From: a virus
Taxonomy: Duplodnaviria > Heunggongvirae > Uroviricota > Caudoviricetes
IMG/VR virus record: IMGVR_UViG_3300043399_000676
Direction: 5' to 3' (one strand)
DNA: 64,000 nucleotides
Under the pieces are notes generated by a model. That model saw only the letters and a list, made by a program, of their open reading frames with translations. It did no database searches and was not told the origin of the DNA. Of the stretch, positions 34,212-45,500 are shown piece by piece; the stretch's first letter is position 1, and each line of letters opens with the position of its first letter. A program made the translations under genes and the position numbers.

Positions 34212-35216
34212 ATGCCTGACTTCCCAGAATCTGGAAAATTTTCGATAGCGGATCTAAACGTAGTGTTGGGCTATCCAGCAGGAAGACAAACAAAACTAAG
34301 TGAGTCTGACGTTAGGGTTCGGCTAATGAAGCGAGAAGCGAATACTGAGATTCGGTTAGCAGCGGATTCTTATAGAAAAACCTTACACATAACCTCTATT
34401 ACACCAAACGGCAACTTAAGAAGTATTGCAACAGGAAACGGATGGAACAGTAGCACAAAATTAGAATTTGTTATTGATGGCAACGGTGCAGGTACATATG
34501 GGTTTTATTCCACTTCTTCCGGAACACCGGCACTAATAGTAAACGGCACTTACCCAAATGGGTTATTCTTAAACAATTACGGATACATTATTGGTAAAGG
34601 TGGTGACGGCGGAGCAGGAGGTAGTCCGGCAAATTCATCAAGCGATGGCGGACCAGGTTCGTCTGGAATAGGAGGAGGCATTGCAGCATACTTCGATTCA
34701 CCCTCAAAAATTTATGTCTGGAACATCCCTTCCCCTGGTTTGGGAGGAGTCTTGGGTGGGGGAGGTGGCGGGGGAGGTGGCGGCACTGGTGGGAGACAAC
34801 TTTATGTCGAAGGGAAGAACAGTGCTACGCAAGGAGGACTAGGTGGAGGAGGTGGAGGAGGTTTATCCACTAACCCTTCTCCATCCGCAGGTGGTGCAGC
34901 CGGTGTCAATAACGGAGGAACAGGTTGGATAAATGGGACAGCGGGCGGCGCGTCGAACACAGACCCGCAAAACCCCACACCGGGGGTCGGCGGCACTGGT
35001 GGCTTCATAAACTCAAATAACTATGGTGGCAACGGCGGGATTGGTGGGGGAAGAGGGAGTGCAGGCATTTCCGGTAACACTGGTGTTGGTGGAGCATATT
35101 ATGGTGGTGGTAGTGGCGGTGGAGCAGGGGGAAGCTTTGTTAACTTTGGTGGTACTACTCCGACTGCAACTAGATTTTTTTATTCGATCGGCAACGTTGC
35201 CGGTCCTATATCATAA
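34212..35216 (+). CDS. Glycine-rich adhesin-like virion protein (T-even gp38-like)
   Basis: NNYGYIIGKGGDGG then polyglycine tracts; TAAATA and SD GGAG upstream. Confidence 0.7.
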   Translation: MPDFPESGKFSIADLNVVLGYPAGRQTKLSESDVRVRLMKREANTEIRLAADSYRKTLHITSITPNGNLRSIATGNGWNSSTKLEFVIDGNGAGTYGFYSTSSGTPALIVNGTYPNGLFLNNYGYIIGKGGDGGAGGSPANSSSDGGPGSSGIGGGIAAYFDSPSKIYVWNIPSPGLGGVLGGGGGGGGGGTGGRQLYVEGKNSATQGGLGGGGGGGLSTNPSPSAGGAAGVNNGGTGWINGTAGGASNTDPQNPTPGVGGTGGFINSNNYGGNGGIGGGRGSAGISGNTGVGGAYYGGGSGGGAGGSFVNFGGTTPTATRFFYSIGNVAGPIS

Positions 35217-35225
35217 GGAGTAAAA

Positions 35226-36122
35226 ATGGCTGACTTTCCAGAATCAGGACAATTTTCATTTTCGCAATTAAATACTGTAATTGGGTATGCTGCAGGAGCC
35301 CAACTTAGTCTAAGTGATACAAACGTAAGAATTAGACTACTAAGAAGAACGGTAGGGTCTCAAATTTCATTAGGTGCGGATTCTTATCGAAAAACATTTA
35401 ATTTAGTCGCAACACAAACTAATTATAATTTAAGAAATGCTGCGGTTTCGGCAGGCTGGAATCAAACGATAAAATTGGAAATTAATTTTACGTCTACTGC
35501 TCAAATAATTTCAGATTCGCCGGGAACACCTGCATGTACTGTAACTGGATCTTTCCCCGGAGGTTTATCTCTCAATAACTATGGGTTAATTATAGGTAGA
35601 GGGGGAGCAGGGGGGAACGGTGCAGATTGGGGCGGCGGTAATGGGGGAGCAGGGGGGAACGGAGGAACAGCATTATACATGTACAGCATAACTGCGCCTG
35701 ATTTTGTTATATGGAACACACCAACCACTTTCTATGGAATATACGCAGGTGGCGGGGGAGGGGGAGGTGGCGGTAACGGTTCGTCTGGAAGCGGAAAAGA
35801 GGCAGTCACTGGGGGAGGTGGCGGGGGAGGGGGCGCTCGTTCTACTAATGCCACAAATATCTCTGGTGGAGCAGGAGGATCTCCAGGTGGAAGCGCCGGT
35901 GGAGCAGGTACAATTTCAAGCGCAGGTTCAGGTGGAGCCGGAGGAAGTGGAGTAGGTGGCTCAGGTGGAGCAGGTGCAAACTTTGGCAGTGGTGGAACAG
36001 CAGGAAGCACTGGAACGGGCGGATCAGCTGGTGGAAGCGGTGGCACTGTAGGTGCCGCCGTAATAGGTAATACAATTCCATATTGGTATTCGACTGGCGA
36101 AAGATATGGCGGTATCTCATAA
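35226..36122 (+). CDS. Glycine-rich adhesin-like virion protein, paralog
   Basis: Same MxDFPESG N-terminus; NNYGLIIGRGGAGG. Confidence 0.7.
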   Translation: MADFPESGQFSFSQLNTVIGYAAGAQLSLSDTNVRIRLLRRTVGSQISLGADSYRKTFNLVATQTNYNLRNAAVSAGWNQTIKLEINFTSTAQIISDSPGTPACTVTGSFPGGLSLNNYGLIIGRGGAGGNGADWGGGNGGAGGNGGTALYMYSITAPDFVIWNTPTTFYGIYAGGGGGGGGGNGSSGSGKEAVTGGGGGGGGARSTNATNISGGAGGSPGGSAGGAGTISSAGSGGAGGSGVGGSGGAGANFGSGGTAGSTGTGGSAGGSGGTVGAAVIGNTIPYWYSTGERYGGIS

Positions 36123-36154
36123 ACAACTAAATAAAAGCAACAAAAGAGGACAAA

Positions 36155-36532
36155 ATGAGTAACGGAATAACATATAAAATTGTAAAAGCATTCGATGAAA
36201 CCGGGCAACTGGAGGTTGAATACTTTGACCCTAACAATATTTCATTAGGAAGATGGGCATACGATGTTCCTATCGTAGATGGTCACTTCATATCAACAAC
36301 TGAACTTCACGAAGACATCATGAGGCGAGCCCCAGTTTGGGTAATAACTCGTAAACAAGAAATTCAAACAGCAACAGGATTCGATCAAATAAAGGCTCTA
36401 ATCCCACCTGAACCAGAACCAGCCTCGGTTGCTGCCTCAGACGGACAAAATATGGTCGGGGATTTCAATGAAGAATACTTGAGAGCAGTTATATTTCAGG
36501 TACTAGAAGAAACTAAAGACTCTACAGTATAA
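36155..36532 (+). CDS. Hypothetical protein
   Basis: SD GAGG; contiguous operon. Confidence 0.7.
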   Translation: MSNGITYKIVKAFDETGQLEVEYFDPNNISLGRWAYDVPIVDGHFISTTELHEDIMRRAPVWVITRKQEIQTATGFDQIKALIPPEPEPASVAASDGQNMVGDFNEEYLRAVIFQVLEETKDSTV

Positions 36533-36543
36533 GGAGATATTAC

Positions 36544-37062
36544 ATGATCTCAGAACAACTTTTTAATTCAAACAATCAAGCAGTAGTAAGAGTAGGAAGA
36601 GCCTTTAAATGGGTAATTACTTTTAGAGATTATCCAGCAGAAAGCTATCAGGTTATCCGCGGCAAAGAAATGATGTCTGAAGCTATTACTCTTTTTACAA
36701 AAGGACGAGCAGAATTTTTTCTTGATGACGTAAAAAGAGGAGATCGGGTTCCAGGTATACTTTCTACTGAGCATGAACTCGTAGGTGAAGATGGTACTTT
36801 TAAACTTGTTTACACTGAACCAACTACTCGTCTATGCATTTATGCAGGTAACAATAAAGACAAACTCCCGATTGTCAACAAACTAGAAATTAATGCAGGC
36901 GAATCTGTAATTTTACAGCCTGGATTTAAGGGTTTAGTTTGTTTAGGCTCAGTTACCATAAACGGAAAGGTGTTTGACGAAGAAAGAACCTTCATTGTAG
37001 GTTCTGTAGAACGTGAATGTGTAGCCAACAGTAAAGTGATTATACTAGAATTCTTATCATAA
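36544..37062 (+). CDS. Beta-rich cupin-like hypothetical protein
   Basis: Aligns by eye with 38590-39114 (LFTKG/MFVKG; AGESVI/PGESIT). Confidence 0.65.
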   Translation: MISEQLFNSNNQAVVRVGRAFKWVITFRDYPAESYQVIRGKEMMSEAITLFTKGRAEFFLDDVKRGDRVPGILSTEHELVGEDGTFKLVYTEPTTRLCIYAGNNKDKLPIVNKLEINAGESVILQPGFKGLVCLGSVTINGKVFDEERTFIVGSVERECVANSKVIILEFLS

Positions 37063-37793
37063 TGAAAAGAACTGATAAACTGTTCGGTCATCGCTTGTTG
37101 ATGACTCCAATCGCTTCCTATATAGGATACGGTTCTATGTTATACGGAGCATGGGCATTGTTAACGGGATCAGCAAGTCTTTGGTGGATTTTGCCCATGC
37201 TATTCTTTACATTCATGCTATTGATGGGAGTTACAGTAGGGCTTCACCGACTCTTTTGTCACCAGTCTTTTCAAACTTCAAAAATTTGGCATGTGATCCT
37301 AGTGTATTTGGGAACACTTGGGGTGTATGGATCATCCGTACAATGGTGTGCTATGCATGTTTCTCATCACAAGTATAGTGACACTGAGAAAGATCCTCAT
37401 TACACCGGAGTTCGTTACTTGTTCTGGAAAATGAACAACTATACAGAATTCCACAAGAAGACGCTAGTTAGGTTATACAAAGACCCAATGCACAGATTCT
37501 TTCATAATTACTATTTTCTTGTAATCTTAGCAACTGTGTTTTTACTTTTGCTTATTAATCCATTGGCGTTAGTATTTTGTTACTTAATCCCATTAGGATG
37601 GTTACATTTTGTTGGATCTGCACATCAAGTTTTTGCTCACAATAAAACTGGTCCTTTGGATCAACCTATTATGGAATTTTTGTTATTCACTGGTGGTGAA
37701 TGGTTACACAAGCATCATCACATGAACGGCAGAGATCCAAAGTTTGGAACATTAGATGCCGGATATCATTTTATCAATCTGATAAAATCGTAA
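37062..37793 (+). CDS. Membrane fatty-acid desaturase (delta-9-like)
   Basis: His boxes HRLFCH, HVSHH (SDTEKDPH) and GEWLHKHHH. Confidence 0.92.
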   Translation: MKRTDKLFGHRLLMTPIASYIGYGSMLYGAWALLTGSASLWWILPMLFFTFMLLMGVTVGLHRLFCHQSFQTSKIWHVILVYLGTLGVYGSSVQWCAMHVSHHKYSDTEKDPHYTGVRYLFWKMNNYTEFHKKTLVRLYKDPMHRFFHNYYFLVILATVFLLLLINPLALVFCYLIPLGWLHFVGSAHQVFAHNKTGPLDQPIMEFLLFTGGEWLHKHHHMNGRDPKFGTLDAGYHFINLIKS

Positions 37794-38384
37794 TGCAAAA
37801 CTACTACAGACACATCAACTTACCATTTGAAGTCGATCTTCTTGAATTTGCGAAGTTTGATTGCAACCTAAAGACGCTAAACTATAGTAAGAAACCTCAC
37901 GATCTCCCGAAGATTTTAGTTGATTTTTTTGGATAGTCGAGGTATGCAAATTGCCAATGTTGATTGTTTTTACACTCCTCCAAAAGGCATGTTGCCGTGT
38001 CATGTTGATTTAGATAGAATTTCAAATTACGGAAAATTGAATTTTTCATACGGTGCACCAAACAGCAGAATGTTTTGGTACGCACTAAAACCAGGATATG
38101 AGTTAGAAGTCGAAGTAAACTCATCAACAGCAGGAGATTATACCTTGCCTCAAGGTTCAAGAGTATCGTATGTTCATATACCCTTGAATCAATGCATTCT
38201 TAAAGAGTCAACTAAAATAAGAAAACCGACTCTTATAAATGCCGGACAGCCGCATAGTGTATTGAATTCAGACAACGAATCTAGATGGACTCTCTGTGTT
38301 TCTTTTTACGATGCAAGCAATTTATCTAAGTTACTCGATTTCGAAGACATTGCTGATCGGTTGTCTGATTGTATCACTACTTAA
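37793..38384 (+). pseudogene. Cupin / 2OG-Fe(II) oxygenase-like gene split by a one-base frameshift in a T7 run
   Basis: ATG at 37793; with T6 instead of T7 at 37924-37930 it reads ...ILVDFLDSRG..., collinear with 29101-29637. Confidence 0.75.
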
Positions 38385-38581
38385 ACTTGATCCATCCTAA
38401 TCACCATTTTTCCACCTGGCTTAACATGTAAAGTAAGTAGACCTGCTTCTTTATCGGCCATTATTTGATCTATGATAATCTTAGGGTCATACATTGAAGC
38501 TCCGTTTACCTGATTAGTGTTTACTTGAACGTCTTTGTAAAACCTGTCGTTAATATAGACTTTTATTGTTTTGGTTATCAT
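38381..38581 (-). CDS. Hypothetical protein
   Basis: Last gene of the minus-strand structural run. Confidence 0.6.
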   Translation of the reverse strand: MITKTIKVYINDRFYKDVQVNTNQVNGASMYDPKIIIDQIMADKEAGLLTLHVKPGGKMVIRMDQV

Positions 38582-38589
38582 AATTCATT

Positions 38590-39114
38590 TTACCTTGGAA
38601 TAAACACAAACCCATAGCATTGAGTAACTGCGGTTAATGTCTTTGGTGCAGTCGAGTTAACTTCAACCGGCCCACTTACTGAAGAGTTGCCAGATGCTAA
38701 AGTTCCATCGCATAAGAAAAGTTTATGACCTTGATCAAAGGGTATTGTAATAGATTCCCCTGGTGCTAACTTCAGGGCAGAAACACTTTCTTTACTGATG
38801 CTACTAGGTTTATTTTCAACACACCAAAAAGTCATATCCTCTTTAATAGTTACCATATACTTCCCTGCTTTTGTATCTCTATCAAGCGAGACAGAACCTG
38901 CTTCTAGCGTAAAATCAGGAACTCCTCCTGTAATAGAGTGGCAAAAAACTTTACCCTTCACAAACATATCAATCTGTGATCTTCGCTGCGGATCTACTAT
39001 GTCGTTTTTAACGTCTACATAATAGATACCATTAACTGAACCCGAATGACGCATAATTCGTCTTCCACATGCAGTGAAGCCATCTGATTGTACATCATTT
39101 CCTAGGATATTCAT
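38590..39114 (-). CDS. Beta-rich cupin-like hypothetical protein
   Basis: Paralog of 36544-37062. Confidence 0.65.
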   Translation of the reverse strand: MNILGNDVQSDGFTACGRRIMRHSGSVNGIYYVDVKNDIVDPQRRSQIDMFVKGKVFCHSITGGVPDFTLEAGSVSLDRDTKAGKYMVTIKEDMTFWCVENKPSSISKESVSALKLAPGESITIPFDQGHKLFLCDGTLASGNSSVSGPVEVNSTAPKTLTAVTQCYGFVFIPR

Positions 39115-39115
39115 A

Positions 39116-39499
39116 TTAGATCTCCACTGATGTTACTTCACCAAATACTACCGTCATCGGCTGCGGAGTTTGTGTTGGTGCAGTTACAGTAGCCCAAGGA
39201 ACAGGCAATTGAGTGATAAGTGGGGCAGCTTCATTCAATGCTTGATCGATCCAATCCTTAATAGCCTGCATATCTGCCTGTGTTTCTACCCAACCTACTA
39301 CCTGCGCTTCAGTTAACTGTTCGTATTGAACAAATTCACCTTCTGGTAAAGGAGGAGTGATATTTCCGATATATTCTACAGTCTCGCCTGTTTCGGAAGT
39401 ACCTATCACTTTGAAGTGAATCAAAACAACCAAATTAGGATACTGTTGGTTATTTTGATCACATGCTATCGAAGTTATAACTGTTGTGTATTGATTCAT
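39116..39499 (-). CDS. Tail-associated hypothetical protein
   Basis: FVQYEQLTEAQVVGWV...PVPW pattern; follows the giant fibre gene. Confidence 0.65.
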   Translation of the reverse strand: MNQYTTVITSIACDQNNQQYPNLVVLIHFKVIGTSETGETVEYIGNITPPLPEGEFVQYEQLTEAQVVGWVETQADMQAIKDWIDQALNEAAPLITQLPVPWATVTAPTQTPQPMTVVFGEVTSVEI

Positions 39500-39514
39500 T
39501 TTCTATCCTTATTT

Positions 39515-42500
39515 TTAAACTGCCGGTGGTGCAGGGATTTCAGTCAAATCTGTTGTCCATGCAAACGTTGCGACACCTGAAACTCCTGCATTTTGATCAT
39601 TTGAATTGTTTGCAAGTGCACCAACCCCGTATGTTGTTCCCATTGCAGGTATCCTGCCAGTTGACCTACCTGCTACTGGTTTTATTCTTGACGTTTCCCA
39701 AGATATTGCATTGTTGAAATAATGATATCCCATTAAACCACCTGTTCCTGCTTCTTCAGGGGCAACAATATAAATACCGGGCACTGGGTTTCCATCTTTG
39801 TCTACAGAAGAAGTCTGTATGACTTCTACCTTTCCACCAAGACCGCCTGCTCCGCCACCACCGCCACCACCGCCACCATCATATATACTTGATCCAAGTA
39901 TTGGGTATCTTGCTACAATATTTTGCTGTCCGTCTCCCTCTTGTCCAGCTTGTATTAGTGTTAATGTATTTTGCAACGCTGAGTTTGCATCGGTGTAATT
40001 GCCGTTCTTGTTTAGGTCTAGTGCAATACGAGCCGAATTTCCTGCGCCACCTCCACCGCCGCCTCCAGGGGCGATTAGCATTGGTTGCCATGTCAAACCA
40101 TTATCAGTCGAGTATTCTACTGATGTTGATCCGCCACCTGCTCCACCTCCACCAGAGCTTGCACCTGAAGTATCCCCCGGAGCACCTCCCCTGCCACCTA
40201 TGTTATATCCGCCTGCAACTGGGACGCCTGCATGAACATACTCACGGCCAGTTTTGCCACCGCCACCGCCTTGACCAACTTTCATTCTTATTCGCTTGGT
40301 GTTTGCTGTTGCAGGAAGCTTTGCCATTGCATACCATGTACCGCCAGCGCCACCGTTACCACCAAACCATCCACCGTCTTGGCTTCCAGCGCCACCTCCT
40401 GCACCAACTAAATTAAACGCTATGTTAACTGCTTCAGTAGTCAAGGTGAATTCTTGCCCAGTTGGAGAAACAGATGTTCCTTGACCTCGGTATATAGTTA
40501 TCGAAGTGTCCGATATGATAACGGTCGAGCTTACTGCGATTATAGGTCCAGTAATATTGTTCTTTCTAATGTAGATAAAGAAGTTTTCGCCACCTTCAGT
40601 CGTTCTATCTGCGGCAATTGTTCTTGTTATTGTACCTAGACCATTTACGATTGATACTTCCCCATTTATATTTTTGTCACCAAAGTCGTCCTTGTCTACA
40701 CCAGTTGACGTAGACCAATATAGTGTACCGGAGTATGCAGGAGATCCATATACGTTTACAGTAAATACAACCGAACTTCCTTCGCTCACAAAGTCAACAG
40801 AAGGTGTAACTGTTGTGTAAGAAGTATCAACGATTGTCTTAGTTGAAGTAAACGCAGATGTAATTGGGACTGTCATCGCAGCATCCAAATACAACTGAAT
40901 CTTGAAGCTTTCTAATCTAGTATCATAAGTTGTGTCGTCACCTACTATATCATTAACCAATGCCAAAGTACCTGTGAATGTCTGATTGTTTATAGCAATC
41001 TTACCAGACAGCACGTTTCCTGCAATATCATCGATTGTAGGAGCGGCATATGCTCCGTCTGGTAAAATTCTCCAATAATACTCAGTCGCATTAGGAACGT
41101 TAGAAGTAGTTATCGTGACGTTAACTGTTTCGCCCTCATTATAAACATCCTTATCCGTCGCAATAGTTACATGCACATCAAGGATCGTGACTTCCGCTGA
41201 AGTAGCTACAACCGGGTTAGAGTCAGAGCCAAGTCTGAAGTCAACCACAAACTTTCTATCTCCTGCTGCCTTTACCCAATCGTAAGGTAAACTAAACGTT
41301 AGACTACCTGATGTACCAGAAGTAACAAGAGTTCCTTTCAAGCTAGATAATCCCAATGTAGCTGGTGTAACAGTTCCTGCACCAGTAGTTGGTCGTACAG
41401 TATAGTATACAGTTGTCCCAGAAGGTATATTAGTTGTAGTTAATCCAAATGTAATTGACTGCCCTTCTCTTACTGAAGTTGGGCTTCCAACTAACATACT
41501 AACATCCTGTATTGAAGTTACTGCGAACGAAGGAGGAGTAGAGTATGTTATACCATCGACTGTTGCGGATGCCACAAATCTATATACCTCTGGTATTTCT
41601 ACTTGATTATCGTAAGCTAGATTAACTGTAACTGAGGCTGCGTTTGAATTCACGACTGTAGTACCGCTAAGTGTAGCTGGAGAAAAATCAGCACTGTTTA
41701 GTGTAGTTGTCCCTGGTGTAATTACCCAGTTAACCGTAGTTCCATTTGGAATGTTAGTGGTTGCCAAATTGTATGTTGCTGTTTCGCCCTCTTTTGCTGT
41801 TGCAGTGTATGACGTAACTTTGATCTCTCTATTCTTAACTGTTACTAGCGGACTAGTACCAATCAATGTCCCAGATGCATTGTTTAATTTAACATTTAAA
41901 TACAAAGTCTCATCAACTTCTGTGTCCAAGTCAGTCGCAATTACCTTAGTAAGAGTGAAGGCCCCGGATGAGTTAACGTTGAATGTTCCTGCCATGACTC
42001 CATCAAACAGATCAGCGCCAGAAGTAGTACCAGTTATGTACCAATAGAGAGGAGTACTAGTATCTATGTTACTGGTTTGAATACCAAACGATATGGTTTG
42101 TCCTTCGTATATGGTGTTCACTGAAGGAGTGATTGCACAAGTAACATCCAATATTGTTATTGGTGTTATCGAACGAATCAACGTACCACCTTGACTAGTG
42201 TACAAGTTAACTGCTAAAGTTTCTGAACCTTCAATTAAGCTGTCATTCAATGCAGTCAACGTAAACGACGCTGCTTTATTTGTGAAGTTTAACGTTCCTG
42301 AGGTTGGTGTTACATCAGTAGTATTTGTGGATTCCCAATACCAGCTAGAAGCATAGGAATTTCTTACTGTTATAGTTGCAGAGTTTCCTTCTTTTATCGA
42401 AGGTACTGTTGCTGGCTCAACAATAATCGTAGTATCTTTAACCGTTATAACTCCACTAGTCAATTCAGGTAACATTACAACTGACTGTGCATTGTTGGCT

Positions 42501-45500
42501 GTTACTCTTAACTGAACCTGCATATCACCTTCAATTACTGTATCAGTTTTGAATGTGATTGGAATGTTCACTGTTGCAGGAGTTCCACTAAACGTCCCGC
42601 TTCCACTTATCGCACCAGTAACGTGTTCAGTTAAATTCAATGATGCATCAGTAGAGCCAGTTTTTATTAGACTCCAAGAATAAGTAGTCGCATTACAGTT
42701 GGTTGCAGTCAACTGGAATGTTACTGTGTCACCTTCGTTAACAGTTGTAGCAGTGTTAGGTGTGATTGCGATTGACCTGTCTGCGATTGTTATGTCTGAA
42801 GAACTTCCAATAACAGTACCTGAAGCACTACCTATTCTAACATCAACTCTAAATCTTTCATTACCCTCAAGATCATTATCAAACTTGATTTGTCTAGTCA
42901 ATGCGACCGTTGAGCTAGTAGTCACGTTAAATGTACCTTCTAGCCCTTCGATGACATAATCAAATTTGTCCAATGATCCGAATGTTGGTTCAATTTTCCA
43001 ATACAATGTAGTTCCTGCTGCAATACCAAACGTGTCAAATGTAAGAGTGAATGAATCTCCCTCTGCGACAGTCGTTGGTACTGGTTGTTTCTCAACAACG
43101 TTGACATCAGAAATTGTAACCGTTGGGCAAGGAGCGCTCAACGGTATCAATGTTCCTGATCCAGCTGGATTGCTAGTGTACAAGTCAATCACAAAGCTTT
43201 CCGTATTCTCTCTGGATGAATCATATGCTGAAGTTAACGTAAACGCCCCTGTTCCATTTGTTAGACTTAGGGTTCCCTCAATTGCTGTCGAGAAATCGCC
43301 AGAATTGACTGTACCGGATACTGTTCTAACTTTCCAATACACGCTTGCTAATGTTGTATCAGCAGTTACAGTAAACGTAACTGATTCATTTTCAGCAATT
43401 GCAGTTTTGTTGGTTTGAATAAGTATAGACTTGTTCTTAACCGTGATAACACCGCTATTTACAGTAGGTGAAACTGTAGTTCCTTGTGTATTCTTTACTG
43501 TTACTGCAAGTTGAACTTGCATATCCCCTTCATTGATTGAGTCTGCCTTAAATTGCACAGGGACGTTGACAGTAGCTGAATTACCACTAAATGTTCCGCT
43601 TCCACTTACTGCACCAGTAACATGATCAACAAGATTCAAGGTAGAACTAGTAGATCCTGTTTTTACAAGTGACCAATTATATCCAAGTCCGTCACAATTA
43701 GCAGCAGAAATTTGGAATGTTACTGTGTCACCTTCGTTAACGGTTGTTGCAGAACTTGGAGTTACACTGAACGATCTATCTGTCATAGTAACTTCAGGTG
43801 AACTTCCAATAACAGTGCCTGAGGCACTACCTATTCTAACATCAACTCTAAACTTATCGTTATTATCTGACTGGTTATCAAATGCAATCTGTTTAGTCCA
43901 AGTGCAAGTTAAGTCGGATGCGACAGTAAATGTACCCGCTAATGTATTTGGAACAAAGTCAGAACCGTTGACTGTGCCTGATGTAGGAACTACTTCCCAA
44001 TATAATGTTGTTCCAGCAGTTAAGCCAAACGTATTGAATTTTACGTTCAATGGCTCGCCTTCAGCAACAGTGATTGCAGATATTGGATCAGCCACTACAT
44101 TGACATCAGAAATTGTAACTGTTGGACAAGGAGCATTCAAGGTTATTAATGTACCTGATCCTGCCGGGTTACTTGTATACAAATCGATCACGAAGCTCTC
44201 AGTGTTTTCTCTTGACGAATCATATATTGAGGTTAGTGTAATTGTACCACTACCTGATGTTAAGTTTAGTGTGCCTTCAACTGCTCCGGCAAAATCGTTT
44301 CCATCGACTGTACCAGATACTGATCTTAACTTCCAATATACACTACTAACACTAGTTCCTGTTGTCACAGTAAAGGTTACTGATTCATTTTCTTTGATTG
44401 CAGTCTTGTTAGATGTAATAGTGTAGTTTACATCAGTGATTGATATTGTTCCAGTAGAAGCATTTATCACAGTACCTGCAATTGTAGTTGTTGCGTCTAC
44501 TACAAACGTCTCTGTGCCTTCGAATGAATAATCTGAGGCAATTGGAAGATTAAATGTTGCAGCGTTACTGTTGATCTGAACATTACCTGTTGATCCATTT
44601 CCAAAGTCAGCAGAAGTGATTCCGGTAGAAATTCCTCTAACCGACCAGTCTACTACCGTTCCATTTGGTATGTTTTGGCTAGCCAATGTAAAGGTTAGAG
44701 TGCCACCTTCTGATACGGTTGTGCTGCTTGGTGTAATTGTCAACCAACGATTTAGGATAGTTACTGCCTCTGTTGTGTGCAACAATGTTCCAGTTGCTGA
44801 TCCTAAATAAAAGCTAACAGTAAATGTCTCAGAAGTCTCGCTATTGCTATTATCAAGTGCTGCTCTTCTTGAGAAAGTTCCGATGTTATTATTTACTGTA
44901 ATTGATCCTGATAGTTTTCCATCTGTAAAATCAGAGCCAGTGATGTTTCCGCCATTTGCTACCCAAAATAGTGTAGTTGGAGATGGCAAGTTGGTAGTAG
45001 TTATATCAAATACGACTTCATCACCCTCTAGAATTGTAGTTGCAGATGCGACAGAACTAACAGTTACATCACCTATTGTTACTTCTTGACTTGAAACTAA
45101 TAAAGTTCCACCTGATGAATTAAACAAGTCAACTACAAATTTATTATCTACTTCATTTGTTGCAGTATCAACGACTGGTGTTAGAGTAAACGAACCTGTG
45201 CCTGCAACCAATGTTATACTACCAGTCATCGAAGAACTAAAGTCAGCCGAAGTAACTGCGTTTGCACCAGTTGATCTTACTGACCAAAAGTAGGTAGAAG
45301 TAGGATTAGAACTTGAATTAACTGTAAACTTTACGTTTTCACCTTCTCTTACCAAATTCTTATCAGCAATAATGCTAACGGCAAGATCAGTTATGCTTAT
45401 AACTGGGCTTGTTGCAATAACAGGTCCTGTACTTGGATCAACTAATCTTACGTCAACGACAAATTGTTCTAATCCTTCAGAATTAGAATCAACTTTCATT

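Noticed and set aside
34212-36122. Diversity-generating retroelement acting on the adhesins
   Set aside because: No reverse transcriptase in the window and no adenine-specific template/variable repeat pair seen.
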